Below are positions 1-10,111 of a DNA stretch of 64,000 bases, in pieces. The DNA lies in assembly GCA_048268245.1 (NCBI GenBank), contig JBLWVX010000005.1, positions 42,186 through 106,185 of the forward strand, written 5' to 3'. The position numbers were made by a program, and so were the translations under genes. How positions within the stretch are numbered: position 1 is the stretch's first letter; each line of letters begins with the position of its first letter. The DNA is from Arcobacteraceae bacterium. GTDB lineage: Bacteria > Campylobacterota > Campylobacteria > Campylobacterales > Arcobacteraceae. The notes below the pieces were generated by a model, which searched no databases, was not told the origin of the DNA, and saw only the letters and a list, made by a program, of their open reading frames with translations.

Positions 1-243
1 AAAAGAGAGATTCAAGGTGTAGTGGTAAAAAAATCTGGAGATAAAACAGCATCTATTTTAGTTACTAGATACGTTTTACACCCAAGATATCACAAGACTG
101 TAAAAAGATTTAAAAAATATTTAATTCATGATGAAAGAAATGAGTTAAATGAAGGTGACAAAGTTATCGCTGTTGAGTGTAGACCTTTATCAAAAACTAA
201 GTCTTTCAGATTAAAAACTATTGTTGCTACAGGAGTTAAGTAA
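1..243 (+). CDS. rpsQ: 30S ribosomal protein S17 (5'-truncated by window edge)
   Basis: Frame open from base 1 ([16 protein letters not shown]...[19 protein letters not shown]...ECRPLSKTK), S17 signature, directly upstream of rplN. Confidence 0.97.
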   Translation, partial: KREIQGVVVKKSGDKTASILVTRYVLHPRYHKTVKRFKKYLIHDERNELNEGDKVIAVECRPLSKTKSFRLKTIVATGVK

Positions 244-611
244 TGATTCAAAGTTTTTCAAGATTAAACGTAGCTGATAACACAGGTGCTAAAGAGATCA
301 TGTGTATCAAAGTTCTTGGTGGATCTAAGAGAAGATATGCATCTGTAGGTGATGTAATTGTTGCTTCTGTTAAAAAAGCTTTACCAACTGGAAAAGTTAA
401 AAAAGGTCAAGTAGTTAAAGCAGTAGTTGTTAGAACTCATAAAGAAGTTCAAAGAGAAAATGGTTCATTAATCAGATTTGACGACAATGCAGCAGTAATT
501 TTAGATGCTAAAAAAGACCCAATTGGTACAAGAATCTTTGGACCTGTTGCTAGAGAAGTTAGATATTCAGGTTTCATGAAAATCGTTTCACTTGCACCGG
601 AGGTATTATAA
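243..611 (+). CDS. rplN: 50S ribosomal protein L14
   Basis: MIQ...[24 protein letters not shown]...IRFDDNAAV...[11 protein letters not shown]...SLAPEVL. Confidence 0.99.
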   Translation: MIQSFSRLNVADNTGAKEIMCIKVLGGSKRRYASVGDVIVASVKKALPTGKVKKGQVVKAVVVRTHKEVQRENGSLIRFDDNAAVILDAKKDPIGTRIFGPVAREVRYSGFMKIVSLAPEVL

Positions 612-612
612 T

Positions 613-852
613 ATGGCAATTAAATTAAAAATCAAAAAAGGTGATACTGTAAAAATTATCGCTGGTGATGACAAAGGTAAAACTGGTGAAGTTTTAGCTG
701 TATTACCAAAAGAAATGAAAGTAATCGTTAAAGATTGTAAAGTTGCTAAAAAAACTGTTAAGCCTGATCAAGAAAAAAACCCAGAAGGTGGTTTTGTAAA
801 CAAAGAAATGCCTATTGATATTTCAAATGTAGCAAAAGTAGAAGGTGAGTAA
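613..852 (+). CDS. rplX: 50S ribosomal protein L24
   Basis: [25 protein letters not shown] motif and EMPIDISNV; start moved to ATG 613 just after the rplN stop. Confidence 0.97.
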   Translation: MAIKLKIKKGDTVKIIAGDDKGKTGEVLAVLPKEMKVIVKDCKVAKKTVKPDQEKNPEGGFVNKEMPIDISNVAKVEGE

Positions 853-853
853 A

Positions 854-1402
854 ATGGCAGCAAGATTATTAGAAAAATACAATGCAGAGATTAAACCAGC
901 ATTAGAAGCTGAGTTCCCAAAAAACAAGATGTTAACTGCTAAGTTAGAAAAAGTAGTTATCTCTGTTGGTGCTGGGGAAGCTATGAAAGATAGTAAATTA
1001 ATGCAAAACATTGAAGATACTATCTCTTTAATTGCTGGTCAAAAATCAGTTAGAGTTATCGCTAAAAAATCAGTTGCTGGTTTTAAAGTAAGAGAAGGTT
1101 ATCCTGTAGGTGTTAAAGTTACACTTAGAGCTGAAAGAATGTATGAATTCTTAGACAAATTATGTTCTATTGCATTACCAAGAGTAAAAGACTTCCAAGG
1201 TTTAAACAGAAATGGTTTTGATGGAAGAGGAAACTTCAACTTCGGTTTAGATGAGCAGTTAATGTTCCCAGAAGTAGTTTATGATGATATTATCAAAACT
1301 CACGGTATGAATATTTCAATTTCTACTAGTGCTGATAATGATGCTGAAGCATTTAGATTATTAGAGTTAGCAGGAATTCCATTTACTAAAGGAAGAGCGT
1401 AA
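854..1402 (+). CDS. rplE: 50S ribosomal protein L5
   Basis: [44 protein letters not shown]; start placed at ATG 854. Confidence 0.98.
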   Translation: MAARLLEKYNAEIKPALEAEFPKNKMLTAKLEKVVISVGAGEAMKDSKLMQNIEDTISLIAGQKSVRVIAKKSVAGFKVREGYPVGVKVTLRAERMYEFLDKLCSIALPRVKDFQGLNRNGFDGRGNFNFGLDEQLMFPEVVYDDIIKTHGMNISISTSADNDAEAFRLLELAGIPFTKGRA

Positions 1403-1587
1403 TGGCAAAGAAATCTATGATTGCTAAGCAAAAGAGAACTCCTAAGTTCTCTTCAAGAGCATATACAAGATGTTCAGTGTGTGGTAGACCACACTCAGTA
1501 TACAGAGACTTCGGACTTTGTAGAGTTTGTTTAAGAAAAATGGCTAACGAAGGTTTATTACCTGGTGTTAGAAAAGCTAGTTGGTAG
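1402..1587 (+). CDS. rpsN: 30S ribosomal protein S14, zinc-binding (type Z) form
   Basis: 61 aa, [23 protein letters not shown] with four Cys, ends LPGVRKASW. Confidence 0.97.
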   Translation: MAKKSMIAKQKRTPKFSSRAYTRCSVCGRPHSVYRDFGLCRVCLRKMANEGLLPGVRKASW

Positions 1588-1601
1588 GGAGAAAATAAGC
1601 T

Positions 1602-2000
1602 ATGATGAATGATATAATCGCAGATGCTTTAACTAGAATTAGAAATGCTGCAATGAGAAAATTAGATGTTGCAACATTATTACATTCGAACACTGTTGTT
1701 GGTATTTTAGAAGTATTACAACAAAAAGAGTATATTGAAAGTTACAAAGTTATTGATGGTGAGAACAACAAAAAAACTGTTCAGGTTACATTAAAATATG
1801 ATGATAATGATAACTCTGTAATTAACGAAATCAAAAGAATTTCTAAACCTGGAAGAAGAGTTTATAAACATTTTGATGAATTAAAAAACTTTAAAAATGG
1901 ATACGGTACAATCATTGTTACAACTAACAAGGGTGTTATTGCTAACGACGAAGCTTACGCTTCTAAAGTTGGTGGTGAAGTACTGTGTACAGTATGGTAG
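1602..2000 (+). CDS. rpsH: 30S ribosomal protein S8
   Basis: [32 protein letters not shown]. Confidence 0.98.
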   Translation: MMNDIIADALTRIRNAAMRKLDVATLLHSNTVVGILEVLQQKEYIESYKVIDGENNKKTVQVTLKYDDNDNSVINEIKRISKPGRRVYKHFDELKNFKNGYGTIIVTTNKGVIANDEAYASKVGGEVLCTVW

Positions 2001-2009
2001 GAGAGTGTA

Positions 2010-2543
2010 ATGTCTAGAATTGGAAAAAAACCTATCGCAATCCCTTCAGGGGTTGAAGTATCAGTTGATGGTACTATCGTAAACGTTAAAAAAGGGAATA
2101 AAACTATTCCTGTTGAAACTCATGGAAGAGTATCTGTAGAAATTGCTGATAACCAAGTTATTTTAGGTAAAGTTGGTGAAGCAAAAGAAGCAGCTGCATT
2201 CTGGGGAACTTATAGAGCATTAATTAACAATGCAGTTGATGGTTTATCTAAAGGTTTCCAAAAATCTTTAGAAATCAACGGTGTTGGTTATAGAGCTGCT
2301 GTAAAAGGTAAAGTTTTAGAGTTACAATTAGGATACTCTCACCCAATTAATTATGATATCCCAGAAGGATTAGAAATTACTGTTGAGAAAAACTTAATTC
2401 ACGTTAAAGGTGCAGACAAACAACAAGTTGGTCAAGCTGCTGCAATTATTAGAGGCTACAGAAAACCAGAACCGTACAAAGGTAAAGGTGTTAAGTATAC
2501 TGACGAGCATATCGTTAGAAAAGCCGGAAAAACTGCTAAGTAA
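2010..2543 (+). CDS. rplF: 50S ribosomal protein L6
   Basis: [34 protein letters not shown]. Confidence 0.99.
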   Translation: MSRIGKKPIAIPSGVEVSVDGTIVNVKKGNKTIPVETHGRVSVEIADNQVILGKVGEAKEAAAFWGTYRALINNAVDGLSKGFQKSLEINGVGYRAAVKGKVLELQLGYSHPINYDIPEGLEITVEKNLIHVKGADKQQVGQAAAIIRGYRKPEPYKGKGVKYTDEHIVRKAGKTAK

Positions 2544-2553
2544 GGTGTGAGTA

Positions 2554-2913
2554 ATGAGTAGAGCAAAAGATTTAGCAAAGAAAAATGCATTAAGAGCAAG
2601 AAGAAAAAGAAGAGTTAGAGGATCAATTTTTGGTACAGCTGAAAAGCCAAGAGTAACAATTTTTAAATCTAACAAATATGTAAGCGCTCAAGCGGTTAAC
2701 GATGTTGAAGGTGTAACTTTAGCAGCTGTTAGTTCTCAAAATATGGGACTTAGAGTAAGTAAAGAAAATGCAGTAAAAGTTGCAGCACAATTCGCTGAAA
2801 ACTTAAAGTCTGCTGGTATTGAAACAGTAGTATTTGATAGAAATGGGTACCTTTATCATGGTGTTGTTGCAGCTTTCGCTGACGCATTAAGAGAAAATGG
2901 TATTAAATTATAA
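2554..2913 (+). CDS. rplR: 50S ribosomal protein L18
   Basis: GTAEKPRVTIFKSNKY, VVFDRNGYLYHG. Confidence 0.98.
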   Translation: MSRAKDLAKKNALRARRKRRVRGSIFGTAEKPRVTIFKSNKYVSAQAVNDVEGVTLAAVSSQNMGLRVSKENAVKVAAQFAENLKSAGIETVVFDRNGYLYHGVVAAFADALRENGIKL

Positions 2914-2919
2914 GGGTTA

Positions 2920-3363
2920 ATGATGGCAGTAAATAGAGAAGACTTTCAAGAAGCAATCGTTAAAATCGGAAGAGTAACAAAAGTTGTAAAGGGTGGTAGA
3001 AGATTCAGATTTACAGCTTTAGTTGTTGTTGGAGATAAAAACGGAACAGTTGGATTTGGTACAGGAAAAGCTAAAGAGGTTCCTGATGCAATTAAAAAAG
3101 CTTTAGATGATGCATTTAAATCTTTAGTAAAAGTTAGTATTAATGGTACAACTATTGCACACGATATTGAACACAAATATAACGCATCTAAAATCTTATT
3201 AAAACCAGCATCTGAAGGTACAGGACTTATCGCAGGTGGTGCGGCAAGACCAGTTCTTGAACTTTCTGGAGTTAAAGATATTATTGCAAAATCTTTAGGT
3301 TCAAATAATCCAAATAACCTTGTACAAGCTACAGTTGAAGCTTTAGCAAGAATCAAAGGATAG
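2920..3363 (+). CDS. rpsE: 30S ribosomal protein S5
   Basis: [38 protein letters not shown]. Confidence 0.99.
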   Translation: MMAVNREDFQEAIVKIGRVTKVVKGGRRFRFTALVVVGDKNGTVGFGTGKAKEVPDAIKKALDDAFKSLVKVSINGTTIAHDIEHKYNASKILLKPASEGTGLIAGGAARPVLELSGVKDIIAKSLGSNNPNNLVQATVEALARIKG

Positions 3364-3367
3364 TAAG

Positions 3368-3766
3368 ATGGCATTAGAAAATTTACAACCAGCTCCTGGT
3401 AGTACAAAAAACAGAAAAAGAGTAGGTAGAGGTCAAGGTTCTGGAACTGGTAAGACTTCTGCTAGAGGACAAAAAGGTCAAAAATCTAGATCTGGTTACA
3501 AGATCAAGAGAGGATTTGAAGGTGGTCAAATGCCAATGCAAAAAAGACTTCCTAAGATTGGATTCTTCTCAAGAACAGTTAAGCCTTACTCTATCAACGT
3601 TGATAAAGTAAAAGCAGTTGCTGAACTTGAAGAGATTACAGTTGAGTCAATCAAATCTGTATACAAATTATCTAAATCAGTTGTTAAAGTTAAATTAATT
3701 GGAGCTGCTGCAAAAGATTTAGTATCTAAAATTAAAGACGAAAACGTAACAACTACTGGAAAATAA
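3368..3766 (+). CDS. rplO: 50S ribosomal protein L15
   Basis: [41 protein letters not shown]. Confidence 0.98.
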   Translation: MALENLQPAPGSTKNRKRVGRGQGSGTGKTSARGQKGQKSRSGYKIKRGFEGGQMPMQKRLPKIGFFSRTVKPYSINVDKVKAVAELEEITVESIKSVYKLSKSVVKVKLIGAAAKDLVSKIKDENVTTTGK

Positions 3767-3768
3767 TT

Positions 3769-5031
3769 ATGAGTAAAGATCTAATAAATAAGATTCTTAT
3801 TACATTAGGTTTTATTTTACTTTACAGGTTACTGGCATACGTGCCAGTACCTGGTGTAAATATAGACGTAGTTAAAGAATTCTTCGATTCAAATGCAAAT
3901 AATGCATTAGGTCTTGTAAATATGTTTAGTGGTAATGCAGTTGAAAGACTGTCTATTATCTCACTAGGAATTATGCCTTACATCACGGCTTCTATTATTA
4001 TGGAACTATTAGCCGCAACTTTCCCTGCACTTGGTAAAATGAAAAAAGAGAGAGATGGTATGCAAAAATATATGCAAATCATCAGATATACAACTATTGT
4101 TATTACATTAATTCAATCTATTGGTGTATCAATGGGATTAAACTCTTTAACAGGACAAAGTGGACAAAGTGCGATTTCAATTGATATGAATACATTTATA
4201 TTTGTGTCTTCTGTATCTATGTTAACAGGTACTATGCTTCTTATGTGGATTGGTGAACAAATCACACAAAAAGGTATAGGTAATGGTATTTCATTAATTA
4301 TCTTCGCTGGTATTGTATCTGCAATCCCAAGTGCAATTGGTGGAACTATTGACTTAGTTAATAATGGACAAATGAACTTCTTAACAGTTATTGCAATTAT
4401 TGTAATTATTTTAGCTACTGTTGGAGCTATTATTTATGTTGAGTTAGGTGAGAGAAGAGTTCCTGTATCATATTCAAGAAAAGTAATGATGCAAAATCAA
4501 AACAAAAGAGTTATGAATTATATTCCTATTAAGGTTAACTTATCAGGTGTAATTCCAGCTATTTTTGCAAGTGCGATTTTAATGTTCCCTGCAACTGTTT
4601 TACAGGGATCACAAAATGAATACTTATTAGTAATTGCTGACTATTTAAGTCCAAGTTCTTATACATTTAATGTATTTATGTTCTTATTTGTAGTTTTCTT
4701 TGCATTCTTCTATGCATCAATTACATTTAATGCAAAAGACATTTCTGAGAACTTAAAAAAACAAGGTGGATTTATTCCAGGTGTAAGACCAGGAGCAAGT
4801 ACAGCTGAGTTTTTAAATGAGACTGCAAGTAGATTAACATTCTGGGGTGCATTATATTTAGGTGCTATCTCAACTGTTCCTTGGCTAATTGTTAAAGGAA
4901 TGGGTGTACCATTCTATTTTGGTGGTGTTGCAGTATTAATTGTTGTTCAAGTTGCAATTGATACAATGAGAAAAATTGAAGCACAACAGTACACTAATAA
5001 ATATCAAACTTTAAGTGCAGTAGGTCTATAA
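3769..5031 (+). CDS. secY: Preprotein translocase subunit SecY
   Basis: Polytopic membrane protein with SIISLGIMPYITASII, GIGNGISLIIFAGI, GGFIPGVRPG; canonical position after rplO. Confidence 0.99.
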   Translation: MSKDLINKILITLGFILLYRLLAYVPVPGVNIDVVKEFFDSNANNALGLVNMFSGNAVERLSIISLGIMPYITASIIMELLAATFPALGKMKKERDGMQKYMQIIRYTTIVITLIQSIGVSMGLNSLTGQSGQSAISIDMNTFIFVSSVSMLTGTMLLMWIGEQITQKGIGNGISLIIFAGIVSAIPSAIGGTIDLVNNGQMNFLTVIAIIVIILATVGAIIYVELGERRVPVSYSRKVMMQNQNKRVMNYIPIKVNLSGVIPAIFASAILMFPATVLQGSQNEYLLVIADYLSPSSYTFNVFMFLFVVFFAFFYASITFNAKDISENLKKQGGFIPGVRPGASTAEFLNETASRLTFWGALYLGAISTVPWLIVKGMGVPFYFGGVAVLIVVQVAIDTMRKIEAQQYTNKYQTLSAVGL

Positions 5032-5033
5032 AA

Positions 5034-5798
5034 ATGGCTATTCCAATTAGAAAACCTAACGAAATAGCTAAACTTAAAGCAGCAAATGAAATTGTTGCTA
5101 AAACACTTAATTATCTTAGAGAAAACGTAAAACCTGGCATGACTTTATTAGAAGTCGATGCCATGGGTGATAAGTTTTTAAGAGACTTAGGGGCAAGACC
5201 ATCTTTCAAAGGTCTTTATGGTTTCCCTAATTCTGTATGTACTTCATTAAATGAAGTAATAATTCACGGAATACCAGATGATACTGTTTTAAAAGAGGGC
5301 GATATTCTTGGCCTTGATATTGGAACAGAACTTGATGGTTGGTATGGTGATTCTGCGATAACAATGCCAATTGGAAAAATATCAAAAGAAGATGAAGAAT
5401 TAATTGCTTGTGCAAAAGACTCTTTATATTATGCTATTGATATTATTCATGAAGGTATGAGATTCAAAGAACTTTCAAAAGCTATTGAAGAATTTATCGT
5501 TGCTAGAGGTTATCAACCACTAGTAAGATTTTGTGGTCATGGAATTGGAAAGAAACCTCATGATGAGCCAGAGATTCCAAACTACTTAGAGAATGGTAGT
5601 CCAAAATCTGGACCAAAAATTAAAAACGGTATGGTATTTTGTTTAGAACCTATGATTTGTCATAAAGATAGAGAACCAGTTATTTTAGAAAATGATTGGG
5701 ATGTTGTATCAAGAGATGGATTAAGAGGTAGCCATTACGAGCATACAGTTGCTGTTGTTGATGGTAAAGCAGTTATTTTAAGTACAGTTGAAAACTAG
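5034..5798 (+). CDS. map: Type I methionine aminopeptidase
   Basis: CTSLNEVIIHGIP, DIG...GDSA, CGHGIG, EPM, HYEHT metal-binding motifs. Confidence 0.97.
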   Translation: MAIPIRKPNEIAKLKAANEIVAKTLNYLRENVKPGMTLLEVDAMGDKFLRDLGARPSFKGLYGFPNSVCTSLNEVIIHGIPDDTVLKEGDILGLDIGTELDGWYGDSAITMPIGKISKEDEELIACAKDSLYYAIDIIHEGMRFKELSKAIEEFIVARGYQPLVRFCGHGIGKKPHDEPEIPNYLENGSPKSGPKIKNGMVFCLEPMICHKDREPVILENDWDVVSRDGLRGSHYEHTVAVVDGKAVILSTVEN

Positions 5799-5812
5799 GG
5801 AGAACATAAAAA

Positions 5813-6031
5813 GTGGCAAAAGATGATGTAATTGTAATTGATGGTAAGGTTATTGAGGCTTTACCTAATGCAATGTTTAGAGTTGAATTAGACAATGGTC
5901 ATGTAGTATTATGTCATATCTCAGGAAAAATGAGAATGCACTACATTAAAATTTTACCAGGTGATAAGGTTAAAGTAGAAATTACTCCTTATTCATTAGA
6001 TAAAGGTAGAATTACTCACAGATATAAATAA
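5813..6031 (+). CDS. infA: Translation initiation factor IF-1
   Basis: GTG start; [44 protein letters not shown]. Confidence 0.99.
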   Translation: MAKDDVIVIDGKVIEALPNAMFRVELDNGHVVLCHISGKMRMHYIKILPGDKVKVEITPYSLDKGRITHRYK

Positions 6032-6057
6032 GGATTTTTCCTTATTTATATTTTTTT
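6022..6057 (+). terminator. Intrinsic terminator closing the spc operon
   Basis: 13-bp stem ATATAAATAAGGA-TTTT-TCCTTATTTATAT followed by a T run, overlapping the infA stop. Confidence 0.75.
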
Positions 6058-6066
6058 GGTTTCATA

Positions 6067-6157
6067 AAATATACAAAACTATGAAGCCCTAACAATTAAT
6101 ATTTCGCGCACTTTAAAAAGTTTACTAAAGGCTATGGCTTCATAGTTTTATATATTT
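6067..6157. repeat. Long inverted repeat (22-bp arms, 1 mismatch, 47-nt spacer)
   Basis: AAATATACAAAACTATGAAGCC (6067-6088) versus GGCTTCATAGTTTTATATATTT (6136-6157). Confidence 0.8.
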
Positions 6158-6160
6158 ATA

Positions 6161-6370
6161 TTATACTCTTTTCTTGGTTAGACTTATCTCATGTTCAATT
6201 ATTTCTTTTTGTTTTATAAGAATCTCAAGGTTTTTTTTTAGCAGTTCTTTATCTTTATATGAATTAATTATAAATTCATAAAGTTTAGGTCTATTTTTTT
6301 TCCAATTATGCAGGGTTGTTTTATTTACTTCTAAATCTTCTTCTAATCTTCTAAGACTTGGTGATGTCAT
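6161..6370 (-). CDS. Small putative helix-turn-helix DNA-binding protein
   Basis: 69 aa; SLRRLEEDLEVNKTTLHNWKK resembles an HTH, then a coiled-coil-like tail; AGGGA RBS and promoter upstream. Confidence 0.7.
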   Translation of the reverse strand: MTSPSLRRLEEDLEVNKTTLHNWKKNRPKLYEFIINSYKDKELLKKNLEILIKQKEIIEHEISLTKKRV

Positions 6371-6398
6371 TTTTATTTTCCCTAAAAATATTTAGCTT

Positions 6399-6427
6399 AT
6401 TTTATAAAATATTGGAACAAATGTCAA
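6399..6427 (-). promoter_or_regulatory. Sigma70-type promoter for the small HTH gene
   Basis: Minus strand TTGACA (6427-6422), 17 bp, TAAAAT (6404-6399). Confidence 0.65.
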
Positions 6428-6464
6428 GTAATAATATGATTTTATACAAATAATTGGAACAAAT
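6411..6464. repeat. 12-bp direct repeat ATTGGAACAAAT x2, candidate operator
   Basis: Identical copies at 6411-6422 and 6453-6464 in the divergent intergenic region. Confidence 0.6.
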
Positions 6465-6497
6465 AGTTAACAAAGTAAGATTTTTGTACAATTTTGT

Positions 6498-7169
6498 ATG
6501 ACAAAATCAACTAAATATAAATTATTACATCATTTAAAATTTTTAAAATCTATTGGGTATTCTTATCATGAACCAATTAACTTCATATCAAATGAAATTA
6601 ATGGTTTTAATTTACCAAATAATTTAGAATTACTTAAAAATAGTGTTGAAAACTGCTACTTATGTGAATTATCAAAAAGTAGAAAAAATACTGTTTTTGC
6701 TGGTGGTAATATAAATGCTAAGATCATGTTTATCTCAGACTTTCCTGGAAGTTTGGAAGATGAAACAGGAAAAATATTCGTAGGTAAAACAGGTGAATTA
6801 CTTACTAAGATGATTGAAAATGTTTTAAATATAAAAAGAGAAGAAGTTTATATTGCAAATGTTTTAAAATGTAAGCCTATAAATACGACCTCTTTTAGTA
6901 ATGAAGCTAATCTTTGTAAATCCTATTTATTTAAACAAATTGAATTAGTTAAACCAAAAATTATTGTCACTTTAGGAGAAAATGCTTATAAGTATTTAAC
7001 AAATGAGGATGTGAATATAAATATGTTAAGAGGTCAAACAATAAACTATAAAGATATGGTGTTAATACCAACTTTTCATCCTAGCTTTTTATTAAGAAAT
7101 CCTTCTTCTAAAAAAGATGCATATGTTGATATGCTAAAAATCAAAAATCAATTGGAGTCTTTAAATTGA
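6498..7169 (+). CDS. Uracil-DNA glycosylase, family 4 (Fe-S type)
   Basis: CYLC, PG..ED..GKIFVGKTGELL, NVLKCKP, TFHPSFLLRNP. Confidence 0.88.
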   Translation: MTKSTKYKLLHHLKFLKSIGYSYHEPINFISNEINGFNLPNNLELLKNSVENCYLCELSKSRKNTVFAGGNINAKIMFISDFPGSLEDETGKIFVGKTGELLTKMIENVLNIKREEVYIANVLKCKPINTTSFSNEANLCKSYLFKQIELVKPKIIVTLGENAYKYLTNEDVNINMLRGQTINYKDMVLIPTFHPSFLLRNPSSKKDAYVDMLKIKNQLESLN

Positions 7170-8296
7170 AACAGTTATTAAGTATTATATTTGTAGCAGC
7201 TATTTTTATCGGTTGTACACCTAAGCAAGAAGTTGAAATTAATATTCCTCAAAAGGAATTAAATGAGCAATTAGGTAAGCCTATTACAAATAATTTTGAA
7301 TTAGGTCAGAGTGTTGGTGAAGAAGTAGAAGAGTTTGATCCTTTAGGTATTGAAGAGAATGAATTTAGCTTAGAGGGTTCACAAAAGTCAGTTAATATAG
7401 CTGTTGTTTACGCTTCTAGAGTAGTAGGTAACTATGCAAAAAGCTCAGTAAATACAATTTTAGGGTATTTGTCTTTTATGAATGCAAGTTATAATATAAA
7501 AGTTTATGATACTGAAAATGAAAAACCAGAGAATATTACAAAAGCATTTGAAGATTTAAAAACTGATGGATATGAAAAAGTTATTGCTTTATTTACTCCA
7601 AAAGCAGCAAATACACTTCATAGTTTAGATAGCTCTTCACTAAGTGTTTTTCTTCCTTTAAGTAATAAAGAAGACTATGAAACATACAATGATAACTTTA
7701 TCTATGGTGCTATTTCTTATGATAAGCAGATACAAAAACTTTTAGAGTATTCAAATACTAAAAATACTATGTTTTATCAAGAATCATATATTGGTAAAAA
7801 ATTAAAAGAAAAATATGAAAAGCAAGTTCCTAATACTATAATAACAAAACTAATTAAAAATAAAAGAAACTATTTTAAAGCTATAGTAAAAGATTATAAG
7901 TTAAATAATTCCACACTATTTTTAAATACTAAAATTGTTAAGACATCTATTGTTTTATCTCAATTGAGAGCATACGAAACTACACCAAAAGTTATTTTAT
8001 CAACACAGTTAAATTTTAATCCAAAAATTATTGCATTGACTCAAGAAAAGGATAGAAGTAATTTTGTTGTAGCAAGTTCAATTGATAAAGTTGATGACAA
8101 GTTAATTGATACAATTAAAATGTATGGTGGAGATATTGAGTACAATTGGGTGGATTATTCAACACTAGTTGGTGTTCATTATTTATTTGAATCTAATAAA
8201 TCAAATGGAATTAATACATTGATTGAAGATAATAAAGTTGTTTATGAACCAAAACTATACAAAACAACTAGATTTGGTTTTTTAGAAATTAAGTAA
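7166..8296 (+). CDS. Lipoprotein, possible periplasmic-binding-protein-like fold
   Basis: TTG start overlapping the UDG stop; lipobox IFIGC after a hydrophobic signal. Confidence 0.7.
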   Translation: MKQLLSIIFVAAIFIGCTPKQEVEINIPQKELNEQLGKPITNNFELGQSVGEEVEEFDPLGIEENEFSLEGSQKSVNIAVVYASRVVGNYAKSSVNTILGYLSFMNASYNIKVYDTENEKPENITKAFEDLKTDGYEKVIALFTPKAANTLHSLDSSSLSVFLPLSNKEDYETYNDNFIYGAISYDKQIQKLLEYSNTKNTMFYQESYIGKKLKEKYEKQVPNTIITKLIKNKRNYFKAIVKDYKLNNSTLFLNTKIVKTSIVLSQLRAYETTPKVILSTQLNFNPKIIALTQEKDRSNFVVASSIDKVDDKLIDTIKMYGGDIEYNWVDYSTLVGVHYLFESNKSNGINTLIEDNKVVYEPKLYKTTRFGFLEIK

Positions 8297-8340
8297 AAGT
8301 TAGATAAAATCGCGCATATTTATTATTTATGGAGTTTGAA

Positions 8341-10092
8341 TTGAGAACACATTATTGTACAGAAGTAACTGAAAATATCATCGGTGAAAAAGTTACTGTT
8401 GCTGGATGGGTAAACAGTAGAAGAGACCACGGTGGAATTATATTTATTGATTTAAGAGATAAGGGTGGAATAGTTCAACTAGTAGCTGACCCTAAAGAGT
8501 TAGATGTAGCAGAGTCTGTAAGAGATGAGTTTGTTTTAATTGCAACTGGTACTGTAAGACAAAGAGGTGAAGGATTAGAAAATCCAAACTTAATTACTGG
8601 AAAAATCGAAATTGTATTAGATGAATTAGTAATTGAAAATAGATCTAAACCAATGCCATTTGATTTAAATGATGAAAAAGTTAATGATGAGATTAAATTA
8701 AGAAATAGATTCTTAGAGTTAAGATCAGATAAAATGTATGACATTTTCAAGTTAAGATCAAAAGCAACTATTCAAGTTAGAAACACTTTAGATGAATTAG
8801 GTTTCTTAGATGTTGAAACTCCTATATTAACAAAATCAACTCCAGAGGGAGCTAGAGATTATCTTGTACCATCAAGAGTTCACCCAGGTGAGTTTTATGC
8901 ACTACCTCAATCTCCACAATTATTTAAACAATTATTAATGGTATCTGGATTCGATAAGTATTTCCAAATTGCTAAATGTTTTAGAGATGAAGATTTAAGA
9001 GCTGATAGACAGCCTGAATTTACTCAAATAGATGTTGAAATGAGTTTCTGTGATCAAGAAGATGTAATCAAAGTAGCTGAAAAATTAATTTACGATACAT
9101 TTACAGCTTGTGGTAAAGAAGTTCCTACTAAATTCCCAAGAATTACTTATGCAGATGCTATGGAAAAATATGGTTCAGATAAACCTGATTTAAGATTTGA
9201 TATGGCTATGGTAGATGTTATTGATATTTTTGCTAACTCTACAAATGAAATCTTTGCATCAATTGCAAAAGATACAAAAAACAACAGAATCAAAGCTTTA
9301 AGATGTCCAAATGGAGATAATATTTTCTCTAAAAGACAAATGAAAGGTTTTGAAGATTACGTTAGAAAGTTTGGAGCTAAAGGTTTAGGTTACTTCCAAA
9401 TGAAAGAAGATGGATTAAAAGGTCCATTAACTAAGTTCTTCTCAGAAGAGGATTTAGAAGCAATTGTTAAAACAACTGAATTAGAAGTTGGTGATGTTGT
9501 ATTCTTTGGTGCAGGTGATAAAAAGACTGTATGGGATTACATGGGAAGATTTAGACTTTATTTAGCAGAGCAAATGGATATTATTCCTGCTGATGTTTAT
9601 GAGTTTGTATGGGTTGTTGATTTCCCAATGTTTGAAGTTGAAGATGGAAGAACAAAAGCATTACACCATCCATTTACTATGCCAAACTTAGAAAAATGTG
9701 ATTTAGATAATATTGAAGATATCGAAGATATTGAATCAATTGCTTATGACATTGTATTAAATGGTACTGAGCTTGGTGGTGGTTCTATCAGAATTCATAA
9801 AGAAGAAATTCAAGCTAAAGTATTTAAGCTTATGGGAATTTCTGATGAAGAAGCTAAAGAGAAATTTGGATTCTTATTAGATGCACTTCAATATGGTGCA
9901 CCATCTCATGGTGGTTTTGCAATGGGACTTGATAGAATGATTATGTTACTTGCAGGAACTGACTCAATTAGAGATGTTATTGCATTCCCTAAAACTCAAA
10001 AAGCTCAATGTTTATTAACTCAAGCTCCAAGTGAAGTTGATGCTGAGCAATTAAAAGAGTTAAGCTTAAGAATTAGAAAATTAGAACAATAA
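8341..10092 (+). CDS. aspS: Aspartate--tRNA ligase
   Basis: [65 protein letters not shown] start at 8341 downstream of GGAG. Confidence 0.98.
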   Translation: MRTHYCTEVTENIIGEKVTVAGWVNSRRDHGGIIFIDLRDKGGIVQLVADPKELDVAESVRDEFVLIATGTVRQRGEGLENPNLITGKIEIVLDELVIENRSKPMPFDLNDEKVNDEIKLRNRFLELRSDKMYDIFKLRSKATIQVRNTLDELGFLDVETPILTKSTPEGARDYLVPSRVHPGEFYALPQSPQLFKQLLMVSGFDKYFQIAKCFRDEDLRADRQPEFTQIDVEMSFCDQEDVIKVAEKLIYDTFTACGKEVPTKFPRITYADAMEKYGSDKPDLRFDMAMVDVIDIFANSTNEIFASIAKDTKNNRIKALRCPNGDNIFSKRQMKGFEDYVRKFGAKGLGYFQMKEDGLKGPLTKFFSEEDLEAIVKTTELEVGDVVFFGAGDKKTVWDYMGRFRLYLAEQMDIIPADVYEFVWVVDFPMFEVEDGRTKALHHPFTMPNLEKCDLDNIEDIEDIESIAYDIVLNGTELGGGSIRIHKEEIQAKVFKLMGISDEEAKEKFGFLLDALQYGAPSHGGFAMGLDRMIMLLAGTDSIRDVIAFPKTQKAQCLLTQAPSEVDAEQLKELSLRIRKLEQ

Positions 10093-10111
10093 GTTTTATT
10101 AGGTAAGAATT

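Noticed and set aside
2946..3407. 153-aa minus-strand ORF, and similar antisense ORFs at 823-1011, 2394-2675 and 8475-8750
   Set aside because: Shadow frames opposite highly conserved genes (rpsE, rplE, rplF/rplR, aspS) with no RBS or motifs
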